Source: Haplodiscus bocki (Eukaryota). From it: a stretch of DNA of 64,000 nucleotides. A program made the position numbers and the translations under genes. Of the stretch, positions 42,011-55,400 are shown piece by piece. The first letter of the stretch is position 1. Every line of letters begins with the position of its first letter. The notes below the pieces were generated by a model, which ran no database searches, was not told the origin of the DNA, and saw only the letters and a program-made list of their open reading frames with translations. The DNA lies in the NCBI GenBank assembly GCA_965655095.1, contig OZ296656.1:38812001-38876000 (forward strand), given 5' to 3'.

Positions 42011-43869
42011 CAAGTTGCGTAGCAACTAGGTAAATCACAATCAAACTTCCTTTGGAACTCTCGAAGTTTTACTACTTTAAGTTCGGTTTTCTGATTTGCA
42101 TCTGGTATCATCTCAAATTTTCCATGTTTAAAAGGTGTTGAAGTAAATCGAACATTAAATGGATCGTTTTTAACTTTTTCAAAAAATTCATCCTTCACAG
42201 GATTAATAATGGAAATGCAAAAGCTATGAAATGACAAATAATTTTGGTTTTCACTCCCGCGGAATCAACAAAACGTTTGAAAAGTGCTTCTCCAATTCCT
42301 TTTTGATAGAACAGTTTCAGATCTCTGTACTGGTTTGAAATTTTGTTCTCCGGTTATACAGTTGCAATTTCATTCTTGGGACATCGACGTTCATCAGTTG
42401 GTACAAAGAAAGTTTCTGACAATCGTACAATCGTACTATCAAACATAACGTCATCAATCGTATTCTCAACAACTGGTTTATTTCGGTTGATTGTTTGATG
42501 TTCTTTGATTAAGTTTAGTGGACTGTTAACAATTTTTTTGGACCTATTTATGCTTGGAAAGCTAAAACAGGCTGCACTCTTTTTCTAATCGTTGTACTTG
42601 AATTAAACGATAAAACGACGGAGGCTCTATTGGATTCTTTATAGTCAATTTTTGGCTCTCCATTTGGTGTAATAGTTGGAGCGTATAGTTGTAAAATATA
42701 TATTGTCATTTCAGTTGGGTCGGATGTCGTCCTTTATGAATTTTGTTTCAGATCGTTTTTTTTAAAACTCGAAATAATTCCTGATCCTTTATTTATTTTT
42801 TAATATGTTTTGCAGAGCCATAAATTGTTTTTCAAGAGTATATTCTCTAACTCTTCTTCCCTCAATAATTTCTATTGTATGAGTTTTGAATATTATTTTC
42901 CAGAGGAGGTCCTTAGAATTTGCGCGTTGTGCCCATTTCTGCTAGAATCAAACGCCGATCGTTCTGAGTCTGGGTTGCGTTCTTGGCAGCCAATAAGGTG
43001 GTTGTTTTTATCCATTGAAGGTTTCAAAACCGTTTTGTAAACCCCGGTCTCTGGAGTTTAATACACGCGTAAAAGTAGAAAAAAGACCAACAAGTTCTTT
43101 TTATTTTGTTAACTACCCAACTAATAAGTGAGTCGATGGTTTTTTGAAACGGAGAGCGAACTCAATTTTGATAAGTCCTATGGTGGAGTTGTTATCGAAA
43201 TTTGAGACATCATCACGTCTAACCTTTACATAGAAATAGAAATTGGCGTTCGCGGTTTGCCTAAATTAATGTTTTCACCAAATAGACTTTCAAGACTCTG
43301 AATGTCTCCATTTAAATCAACTCCTCTCTGAAGATTTTGTCTTTGCAAAGTGTCTTTTCAGAAATCTTTTGTTCCTGATTAACTCATTAGTCATTGTGTT
43401 GGTTAGTCTGAGGTATTCTATGCTCCTTTAGAGAGCCTAAAAGCTAACCCGGGTTCTGAAGGACACCTTAAGAAGTGCTGCAGCTCAGGGAGCGATAACT
43501 TTAATACAAAGACAACACACTTTTATCTGAAAATTCCTTAATCGTCATACCTTACAGAAAAACAGCATGAAGGGTTCAATAGTGTAGTTGTAGCAGAACA
43601 TTGACCTTGAGAGCTGGTTTGAAAGTCGTTTGTTGGGAGAGTCTCCGAGTGAATCAAATTACAAAGTTTTTTACATCCTATGGAAAAAAATTGCCCAACG
43701 AGTTCCACCCCGTCATCGATCGTCAACAACAACTATAATCTTTTTTGGAGATTGTTCGGCGACCTGAGAAAAGTGAAGACCCCTGATAAAAGAGGGTTTC
43801 AGATTCATTTCTCGGTTTTTAAATACAGTGATTTCATGAAATTTCTATTGTATTTCTGCGTTTGTCATT

Positions 43870-46800
43870 AATATTTCTATCAACATGAACTTAGCAAAAA
43901 ATCTTTTATGTTCACCTTAAAGTAAGGCATTAGGGAATGTAAAGTTGTCCCAAGTTGCGTAGCGGCTAGGTAAATCACACTCAGACTTCATTTGGAACTC
44001 TCGAAGTTTTACTACTTTAAGTTCGGTTTTCTGATTTGCATGTGGTATCATCTCAAATTTTCCATGTTTAACAGGTGTTGAAGTAAATCGAACATTAAAT
44101 GGATCGTTTTTAACTTTTTCAAGAAATTCATCCTTCACAGGATTAATAATGGAAATGCAAAAGCTATGAATTGACAAATAATTTTGGTTTTCACACCCGC
44201 GGAATCAACAAAATGTTTTGAAACAGCTTCTCCAATTCCTTTTTGATAGAACAGGTTCAGATCTCTGTAATGGTTTGAAAAATTATTCTCCGGACATTCA
44301 GTTCCTATTTTATCCTTAGGACAACGACGTTCATCAGTTTGTACAAAGAAAGTTTCTGAAAATCGTACTATCAAACAAAACGTCATCAATCGTATTCTCA
44401 ACAACTGGTTTATCTCGGTTGATTGTTCGATGTTCTTTGATTAAGTTTAGTGGACTGTTAACAATTTTTTTGGACCTATTTATGCTTGGAAAGTTGAAAC
44501 AGGCTGCACTCATTTTCTAATCGTTGTACTTGAAATAAACGATAAAACGACGGAGGCTCTATTGGATTCTTTATAGTCAATTCTTGGCTCTCCATTTGGT
44601 GTAATAGTTGGAACGTATAGTTGTAAATTATATATTGTCATTTCAGTTGGGTCGGATGTCGTCCTTTATGAATTTTTTTTCAGATCGTTTTTTTTAAAAC
44701 TTGAAATAATTCCTGATAATTTACTTATTTTTTAATATGTTTTGCAGAGCCATAAATTGTTTTTCAAGAGGATGTTCTCTAACTCTTCTTCCCTCAATAC
44801 CTTCTATGGTATGAGTTTTGAATATTATTTTCCAGAGGAAGTCCTTAGAATTTCCGCGTTTTGACCATTTCTGCTAGAATCAAACGCTGATCGTTCTGAG
44901 TCTGGATTGATTTTTGGCAGCCAAAAAGGTGGCTGCTTTTATCCATTGAAGGTTTCAAAACCGTTTTGTAAACCCCGGTCTCTGGAGTTTAATACACGCG
45001 TAAAAGTAGAAATAAGACCCACAAGTTCTTTTTATTCTGTTAACGACCCAACTATTAAGTAAGTCGATGGTTTCTTGAAACGGAGAGCGAACTCATTTTT
45101 GATAAGTCCTATGGTGGAGTTGTTATCGAATTTTGAGACATCATCACGTCTGACAGTTCTATCGAAAGAGAAAGGGGCGTTCGCGGTTTGCTTAGGGTTA
45201 ATGTTTCCACCAAATAGACTTTCAAGACTCTGAATGTCTCCATTTAAATCAACTCCTTTCTGATGAATTATCTTTGCAAAGTGTCCTTTCAGAAATCTGT
45301 TGTTTTTGGTTAATTCATTGGTCAAGGTGTTGGTTAGTCTGAGGTCTTCTATGCTCCTTTAGAGATTTTTATCAATCGTCATACCTTTTAAAGAAACAGC
45401 ATGAAGGGTTCAATAGTGTAATTATAGCAGAACATTGACCTTGAGAGCTGGTTTGAAAGTCGTTTGTTGGGAGAGTCTCCGAGTGAATCAAATTACAAAG
45501 TTTTTTTACATCCTCTGAATAAACTGTCCAACGAGTTCCACCACGCCATCGATCATCAACAACAACTATACTCTTTTTGGAGGTTGTTCCGCGACCTGAG
45601 AAAAGTAAAGACCCCTGATAAAAGAGGATTTCAGATTCATTTCTCGGTTTTTAAATACAGTGATTTCATGAAATTTCTTTTGTATTTCTGCGTTTGTCAT
45701 TAATATTTCTATCAACATGAACTTAGCAAAAAATCTTTTATGTTCACCTTAAAGTAAGGCATTAGGGAATGTAAAGTTGTCCCAAGTTGCGTAGCGGCTA
45801 GGTAAATCACACTCAGACTTCATTTGGAACTCTCGAAGTTTTACTACTTTAAGTTCGGTTTTCTGATTTGCATGTGGTATCATCTCAAATTTTCCATGTT
45901 TAACAGGTGTTGAAGTAAATCGAACATTAAATGGATCGTTTTTAACTTTTTCAAGAAATTCATCCTTCACAGGATTAATAATGGAAATGCAAAAGCTATG
46001 AATTGACAAATAATTTTGGTTTTCACACCCGCGGAATCAACAAAATGTTTTGAAACAGCTTCTCCAATTCCTTTTTGATAGAACAGGTTCAGATCTCTGT
46101 AATGGTTTGAAAAATTATTCTCCGGACATTCAGTTCCTATTTTATCCTTAGGACAACGACGTTCATCAGTTTGTACAAAGAAAGTTTCTGAAAATCGTAC
46201 TATCAAACAAAACGTCATCAATCGTATTCTCAACAACTGGTTTATCTCGGTTGATTGTTCGATGTTCTTTGATTAAGTTTAGTGGACTGTTAACAATTTT
46301 TTTGGACCTATTTATGCTTGGAAAGCTGAAACAGGCTGAACTCATTTTCTACTCGTTGTACTTGAATTAAACGATAAAACGACGGAGGCTCTATTGGATT
46401 CTTTATAGTCAATTTTTGGCTCTCCATTTGGTGTAATAGTTGGAACGTATAGTTGTAAAATATATATTTTCATTTCAATTGGGTCGAATGTTGTCCTACA
46501 TGAAATTCGTTTTAGATCGTTTGTTTTAAAACTCGGAATAATTCCTGATAATTTACTTATTTTTTAATATGTTTTGCAGAGCCATAAATTGTTTTTCAAG
46601 AGGATGTTCTCTAACTCTTCTTCCCTCAATACCTTCTATGGTATGAGTTTTGAATATTATTTTCCAGAGGAAGTCCTTAGAATTTCCGCGTTTTGACCAT
46701 TTCTGCTAGAATCAAACGCTGATCGTTCTGAGTCTGGATTGATTTTTGGCAGCCAAAAAGGTGGCTGCTTTTATCCATTGAAGGTTTCAAAACCGTTTTG

Positions 46801-49400
46801 TAAACCCCGGTCTCTGGAGTTTAATACACGCGTAAAAGTAGAAATAAAACCCACAAGTTCTTTTTATTCTGTTAACGACCCAACTATTAAGTAAGTCGAT
46901 GGTTTCTTGAAACGGAGAGCGAACTCATTTTTGATAAGTCCTATGGTGGAGTTGTTATCGAATTTTGAGACATCATCACGTCTGACAGTTCTATCGAAAG
47001 AGAAAGGGGCGTTCGCGGTTTGCTTAGGGTTAATGTTTCCACCAAATAGACTTTCAAGACTCTGAATGTCTCCATTTAAATCAACTCCTTTCTGATGAAT
47101 TATCTTTGCAAAGTGTCCTTTCAGAAATCTGTTGTTTTTGGTTAATTCATTGGTCAAGGTGTTGGTTAGTCTGAGGTCTTCTATGCTCCTTTGGAGATTT
47201 TTATCAATCGTCATACCTTTTAAAAAAACAGCATGAAGGGTTCAATAGTGTAATTATAGCAGAACATTGACCTTGAGAGCTGGTTTGAAAGTCGTTTGTT
47301 GGGAGAGTCTCCGAGTGAATCAAATTACAAAGTTTTTTTACATCCTCTGAATAAACTGTCCAACGAGTTCCACCACGCCATCGATCATCAACAACAACTA
47401 TACTCTTTTTGGAGGTTGTTCCGCGACCTGAGAAAAGTAAAGACCCCTGATAAAAGAGGATTTCAGATTCATTTCTCGGTTTTTAAATACAGTGATTTCA
47501 TGAAATTTCTTTTGTATTTCTGCGTTTGTCATTAATATTTCTATCAACATGAACTTAGCAAAAAATCTTTTATGTTCACCTTAAAGTAAGGCATTAGGGA
47601 ATGTAAAGTTGTCCCAAGTTGCGTAGCGGCTAGGTAAATCACACTCAGACTTCATTTGGAACTCTCGAAGTTTTACTACTTTAAGTTCGGTTTTCTGATT
47701 TGCATGTGGTATCATCTCAAATTTTCCATGTTTAACAGGTGTTGAAGTAAATCGAACATTAAATGGATCGTTTTTAACTTTTTCAAGAAATTCATCCTTC
47801 ACAGGATTAATAATGGAAATGCAAAAGCTATGAATTGACAAATAATTTTGGTTTTCACACCCGCGGAATCAACAAAATGTTTTGAAACAGCTTCTCCAAT
47901 TCCTTTTTGATAGAACAGGTTCAGATCTCTGTAATGGTTTGAAAAATTATTCTCCGGACATTCAGTTCCTATTTTATCCTTAGGACAACGACGTTCATCA
48001 GTTTGTACAAAGAAAGTTTCTGAAAATCGTACTATCAAACAAAACGTCATCAATCGTATTCTCAACAACTGGTTTATCTCGGTTGATTGTTCGATGTTCT
48101 TTGATTAAGTTTAGTGGACTGTTAACAATTTTTTTGGACCTATTTATGCTTGGAAAGCTGAAACAGGCTGCACTCATTTTCTACTCGTTGTACTTGAATT
48201 AAACGATAAAACGACGGAGGCTCTATTGGATTCTTTATAGTCAATTTTTGGCTCTCCATTTGGTGTAATAGTTGGAACGTATAGTTGTAAAATATATATT
48301 TTCATTTCAATTGGGTCGAATGTTGTCCTACATGAAATTCGTTTTAGATCGTTTGTTTTAAAACTCGGAATAATTCCTGATAATTTACTTATTTTTTAAT
48401 ATGTTTTGCAGAGCCATAAATTGTTTTTCAAGAGGATGTTCTCTAACTCTTCTTCCCTCAATACCTTCTATGGTATGAGTTTTGAATATTATTTTCCAGA
48501 GGAAGTCCTTAGAATTTCCGCGTTTTGACCATTTCTGCTAGAATCAAACGCTGATCGTTCTGAGTCTGGATTGATTTTTGGCAGCCAAAAAGGTGGCTGC
48601 TTTTATCCATTGAAGGTTTCAAAACCGTTTTGTAAACCCCGGTCTCTGGAGTTTAATACACGCGTAAAAGTAGAAATAAGACCCACAAGTTCTTTTTATT
48701 CTGTTAACGACCCAACTATTAAGTAAGTCGATGGTTTCTTGAAACGGAGAGCGAACTCATTTTTGATAAGTCCTATGGTGGAGTTGTTATCGAATTTTGA
48801 GACATCATCACGTCTGACAGTTCTATCGAAAGAGAAAGGGGCGTTCGCGGTTTGCTTAGGGTTAATGTTTCCACCAAATAGACTTTCAAGACTCTGAATG
48901 TCTCCATTTAAATCAACTCCTTTCTGATGAATTATCTTTGCAAAGTGTCCTTTCAGAAATCTGTTGTTTTTGGTTAATTCATTGGTCAAGGTGTTGGTTA
49001 GTCTGAGGTCTTCTATGCTCCTTTGGAGATTTTTATCAATCGTCATACCTTTTAAAAAAACAGCATGAAGGGTTCAATAGTGTAATTATAGCAGAACATT
49101 GACCTTGAGAGCTGGTTTGAAAGTCGTTTGTTGGGAGAGTCTCCGAGTGAATCAAATTACAAAGTTTTTTTACATCCTCTGAATAAACTGTCCAACGAGT
49201 TCCACCACGCCATCGATCATCAACAACAACTATACTCTTTTTGGAGGTTGTTCCGCGACCTGAGAAAAGTAAAGACCCCTGATAAAAGAGGATTTCAGAT
49301 TCATTTCTCGGTTTTTAAATACAGTGATTTCATGAAATTTCTTTTGTATTTCTGCGTTTGTCATTAATATTTCTATCAACATGAACTTAGCAAAAAATCT
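43870..49400. repeat. Recent triplication of a monomer (1832-bp period)
   Basis: Identical peptides at 43917/45749/47581, 44135/45967/47799, 45464/47296/49128 and 46864/48696, all at 1832-bp offsets. Confidence 0.9.
45839..47214 (-). pseudogene. Major-capsid-protein-like pseudogene copy
   Basis: Fragments 46864..47214 (116 aa, N-terminal), 45967..46236 and 45749..46009 (INPVKDEFLEKVKNDPFNVRFTSTPVKHGKFEMIPHANQKTELKVV). The ancestral stop has been lost in this copy. Confidence 0.65.
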
Positions 49401-52400
49401 TTTATGTTCACCTTAAAGTAGGTCATTTAGGGAATGTAAAGTTGTCCCAAGTTGCGTAGCAACTAGGTAAATCACACTCAAACTTCCTTTGGAACTATCG
49501 AAGTTTTACTACTTTAAGTTCGGTTTTCTGATTTGCATGTGGTATCATCTCAAATTTTCCATGTTTAAAAGGTGTTGAAGTAAATCGAACATTAAATGGA
49601 TCGTTTTTAACTTTTTCAAGAAATTCATCCTTCACAGGATTAATAATGGAAATGCAAAAGCTATGAATTGACAAATAATTTTGGTTTTCACACCCGCGGA
49701 ATCAACAAAACGTTTGAAAAGTGCTTCTCCAATTCCTTTTTGATAGAACAGTTTCAGATCTCTGTACTGGTTTGAAATTTTGTTCTCCGGTTATACAGTT
49801 CCAATTTCATTCTTGGGACATCGACGTTCATCAGTCGGTACAAAGAAAGTTTCTGACAATCGTACTATCAAACATAACGTCATCAATCGTATTCTCAACA
49901 ACTGGTTTATCTCGGTTGATTGTTTGATGTTCTTTGATTAAGTTTAGTGGACTGTTAACATTTTTTTGGACCTATTTATGCTTGGAAAGCTAAAACAGGC
50001 TGCACTCTTTTTCTAATCGTTGTACTTGAATTAAACGATAAAACGACGGAGGCTCTATTGGATTCTTTATAGTCAATTTTTGGTTCTCCATTTGGTGTAA
50101 TAGTTGGAACGTATAGTTGTAAAATATATATTGTCATTTCAGTTGGGTCGGATGTCGTCCTTTATGAATTTTTTTCAGATCGTTTTTTCAAAACTCGAAA
50201 TAAATCCTGATCATTTACTAATTTTTCAATATGTTTTGCAGAGCCATAAATTGTTTTTCAAGAGTATGTTCTCTAACTCTTCTTCCCTCAATACTTTCTA
50301 TGGTATGAGTTTTGAATATTATTTCCCAGAGGAAGTCCTTAGAATTTGCGCGTTGTGCCCATTTCTGCTAGAATCAAACGCCGATCGTTCTGAGTCTGGG
50401 TTGCGTTTTTGGCAGCCAATAAGGTGGTTGTTTTTATCCATTGAAGGTTTCAAAACCGTTTTGTAAACCCCGGTCTCTGGAGTTTAATAAACCTGTACAA
50501 GTAGATATAAGACCAACAAGTTCTTTTTATTTTGTTAACTACCCAACTAATAAGTGAATCGATGGTTTTTTGAAACGGAGAGCGAACTCAATTTTGATAA
50601 GTCCTATGGTGGAGTTGTTATCGAAATTTGAGACATCATCACGTCTAACAGTTAAATCGAAAGAGAAAAGGGCGTTCGCGGTTTGCTTAAGTTAATGTTT
50701 TCACCAAATAGACTTTCAAGACTCTGAATGTCTCCATATAAATCAACTCCTCTCTGAAGATTTATCTTTGAGAAGTGTCTTTTCAGAAATCTATTCTTCT
50801 TGGTTAACTCATTAGTCAATGTGTTGGTTAGTCTGAGGTATTCTATGCTCCTTTAGAGAGCCTAAAAGCTAACCCGGGTTCTGAAGGACACCTTAAGAAG
50901 TGCTGCAGCTCAGGGAGCGATAACTTTAATACAAAGACAACACACTTTTATCTGAAAATTCCTTAATCGTCATACCTTACAGAAAAACAGCATGAAGGGT
51001 TCAATAGTGTAGTTGTAGCAGAACATTGACCTTGAGAGCTGGTTTGAAAGTCGTTTGTTGGGAGAGTCTCCGAGTGAATCAAATTACAAAGTTTTTTACA
51101 TCCTATGAAAAAAATTGTCCAACGAGTTCCACCCCGCCATCGATCATCAACAACAACTATACTCTTTTTGGAGGTTGTTCCGCGACCTGAGAAAAGTAAA
51201 GACCCTTGATAAAAGAGTGTTTCAGATTTTTTCCTCGGTTTTTAAATACAGTGCATTCATGATATTTAGATTGTATTTCTGCGTTTGTCATTGATTCATC
51301 TTTTAAACTGAGTTTATTTAAAAAAAACTTTTATGTTCACCTTAAAGTAGGGCATTTAGGGAATGTAAAGTTGTCCCAAGTTGCGTAGCAACTAGGTAAA
51401 TCACACTCAAACTTCCTTTGGAACTCTCGAAGTTTTACTACTTTAAGTTCGGTTTTCTGATTTGCATGTGGTATCATCTCAAGTTTTCCATGTTTAAAAG
51501 GTGTTGAAGTAAATCGAACATTAAATGGATCGTTTTTAACTTTTTCAAGAAATTCATCCTTCACAGGATTAATAATGGAAATCCTAAATCTAAAAATTGA
51601 TAAATAATTTCTGTTTTTCACACCCGCGGAATCAACAAAAGGTTTTAAAATTGCTTTTCCAATTCCTTTTTGATAGAACAGTTTCAGATCTCTGCACTAG
51701 TCGGAAACTTTGTTCTCCGGACATACAGTTCCAATTTCATTCTCAGCACATCGACGTTCATCAGTTTGTACAAAGAAAGTTTCTGACAATCGTACTATCA
51801 AACATAACGTCATCAATCGTATTCTCAACAACTGGATCATCTCGGTTGATTGTTTGGTGTGCTTTGATTCAGTTTAGTGGACTGTTAACAATTCTTTTTG
51901 GACCTAGTCATGCTTGGAAAGCTAAATCAGGCTGCGTTTTTTTTTCTAATCGCTGTCCTTGAATCAAACGTTAAAATAAAGGAGGCTCTATTGGTTTCTT
52001 TATAGTCAAATTGTGGCTCTTCGTCTGGTATAATAGTTGCAACGTATAGTTGTAAAATATATATTTTCATTTCAGTTGGGTCGGATGTCGTCCTACATGA
52101 AATTCGTTTTAGATCGTTTGTTTTAAAGCTCGAAATAATTCCTGATCCTTTACTTTTTTTTTAATATGTTTTGCAGAGCCATAAATTGTTTTTCAAGAGT
52201 ATGTTCTCTAACTCTTCTTCCCTCAATACTTTCTATGGTATGAGTTTTGAATATTATTTTCCAGAGGAAGTCCTTAGAATTTGCGCGTTTTGCCCATTTC
52301 TGCTAGAATCAAACGCTGATCGTTCTGAGTCTGGAATGATTTTTGGCAGCCAAAAAGGTGGCTGCTTTTATCCATTGAAGGTTTCAAAACCGTTTTGTAA

Positions 52401-55400
52401 ACCCCGGTCTCTGGAGTTTAATACACGCGTAAAAGTAGAAATAAGACCAACAAGTTCTTTTATTTTGCTAACGACCCAACTAATAAGTGAGTCGATGGTT
52501 TTTTGAAACGGAGAACGAACTCAATTTTGATAAGTCCTATGGTGGAGTTGTTATCGAAATTTGAGACATCATCATGTCAAACATTTACATCGAAATACAA
52601 ATGGGCGTTCGCGGTTTGCTTAGGGTTAATGTTTTCACCAAATAGACTTTCAAGACTCTGAATGTCTCCATTTAAACCAACTCCTCTCTGAAGATTCATC
52701 TTTGCAAAGTGTCTTTTCAGAAATCTTTTGTTCCTGATTAACTCATTAGTCATTGTGTTGGTTAGTCTGAGGTATTCTATGCTCCTTTAGAGAGCCTAAA
52801 AGCTAACCCGGGTTCTGAAGGACACCTTAAGAAGTGCTGCAGCTCAGGGAGCGATAACTTTAATACAAAGACAACACAATTTTATCTGAAAATTCATTAA
52901 TCGTCATACCTTACAAAAAAACAGCATGAAGAGTTCAATAGTGTAGTTATATCAGAACATTGACCTTGAGAGCTGGTTTGAAAGTCGTTTGTTGGGAGAG
53001 TCTCCGAGTGAATCAATTTACAAAGTTTTTTACATCCTATGGAACTCGTCATCGATCATCAACAACAACTATAATCTTTTTTGGAGATTGTTCGGCGACC
53101 TGAGAAAAGTAAAGACCCTTGATAAAAGAGTATTTCAGATTCATTTCTCGGTTTTTAAATACAGTGATTTCATGAAATTTCTATTGTATTTCTGCGTTTG
53201 TCATTAATATATCTTTCAACATAAATTTAGCAAAAAATCTTTTATGTTCACCATAAAGTAATGCATTTAGGGAATGTAAAGTTGTCCTAAGTTGCGTAGC
53301 AACTAGGTAAATCACACTCAAACTTCCGTTGGAACTCTCGAAGTTTTACTACTTTAAGTTCGGTTTTCTGATTTGCATGTGGTATCATCTCAAATTTTCC
53401 ATGTTTAAAAGGTGTTGAAGTAAATCGAACATTAAATGGATCGTTTTTAACTTTTTCAAGAAATTCCTCTTTCACAGGATTAATAATGGAAATCCAAAAG
53501 CTATGAATTGACAAATAATTTTGGTTTTCACACCCGCGGAATCAACAAAACGTTTGAAAAGTGCTTCTCCAATTCCTTTTTGATAGAACAGTTTCAGATC
53601 TCTGTACTGGTTTGAAATTTTGATCTCCGGACATACAGTTCCAATTTCATTCTCAGCACATCGACGTTCATCAGTTTGTACAAAGAAAGTTTCTGACAAT
53701 CGTACTATCAAACAAAACGTCATCAATCGTATTCTCAACATCTGGTTTATCTCGGTTGATTGTTCGATGTTCTTTGATTAAGTTTAGTGGACTGTTAACA
53801 ATTTTTTTGGACCTATTTATGCTTGGAAAGCTGAAACAGGCTGCACTCATTTTCTAATCGTTGTACTTGAATTAAACGATAAAACGACGGAGGCTCTATT
53901 GGATTCTTTATAGTCAATTTTTGGCTCTCGATTTGGTGTAATAGTTGGAACGTATAGTTGTAAAATATATATTTTCATTTCAATTGGGTCGAATGTTGTC
54001 CTACATGAAATTCGTTTTAGATCGTTTGTTTTAAAACTCGGAATAATTCCTGATAATTTACTTATTTTTTAATATGTTTTGCAGAGCCATAAATTGTTTT
54101 TCAAGAGGATGTTCTCTAACTCTTCTTCCCTCAATACCTTCTATGGTATGAGTTTTGAATATTATTTTCCAGAGGAAGTCCTTAGAATTTCCGCGTTTTG
54201 ACCATTTCTGCTAGAATCAAAGGCTGATCGTTCTGAGTCTGGATTGATTTTTGGCAGCCAAAAAGGTGGCTGCTTTTATCCATTGAAGGTTTCAAAACCG
54301 TTTCGTAAAACCCGGTCTCTGGAGTTTAATACACGCGTAAAAGTAGAAATAAGACCAACAAGTTCTTTTATTTTGTTAACGACCCAACTAATAAGTTAGT
54401 CGATGGTTTTTTGAAACGGAGAACGAACTCAATTTTGATAAGTCCTATGGTGGAGTTGTTATCGAAATTTGAGACATCATCACGTCTAACAGTTACATCG
54501 AAATAGAAATGGGCGTTCGCGGTTTGCTTAGGGTTAATGTTTTCACCAAATAGACTTTCAAGACTCTGAATGTCTCCATTTAAATCAACTCCTCTATGAC
54601 GATTTATCTTTGCAAAGTGTCTTTTCAGAAATCTTTTGTTTTTTGTTAATTCATTAGTCAATGTGTTGGTTAGTCTGAGATATTCTATGCTCCTTTAGAG
54701 AGCCTAAAAGCTACCCAGGCTTGTGGAGGAATCCTTAGGAAGTGCTGGAGTTCAGGGAGCGGTAACTATAATACAAAGACAACATCACCTGATATAAATT
54801 TTTATTAATCAACATACCTTTTAAAAAAACAGCATGAAGGGTTCAATTGTGTAGTAGTAGCAGAATAATGACTTTGAGAGCCACTTTGAAAGTCGTTTGT
54901 TGGGAGACTCTACGAGTGAGTTAAATTACAAAGTTTTTTAGATCCTATGAAAAAAGTTGTCCAACGAGTTCCACCCCGTCATCGATCATCAACAACAACT
55001 ATACTCTTTTTTGGAGAATGTTTCGCGACCTGAGAAAAGTAAGGACCCTTGACGAAAGAGTGTTTCAGATTCATTTCTCGGTTTTTAAATACAGTGATTT
55101 CATGAAATTTTTTTGTATTTCTGCGTTTGTGATTAATTTATCTGTTAAACTGAATTTAGTCAAAAAATCTTTTATGTTCACCGTAAATTAAGGCATTTAG
55201 GGAATGTGAAGTTGTCCCAAGTTGCGTAGCAACTAGGTAAATTACAGTCAGTTTTCCTTTGGAGCTCTTCAAGTTATACGAATTTAAATTCGGTGTTATG
55301 ATTTCCATGTGGTTTCATCTCAAATTTTCTATGTTTAAAGAGTGTTGAAGTAAATCGAACTTTAAGTGGATCGTTTTTAGTTTTTTCAAGAAATTGATCC

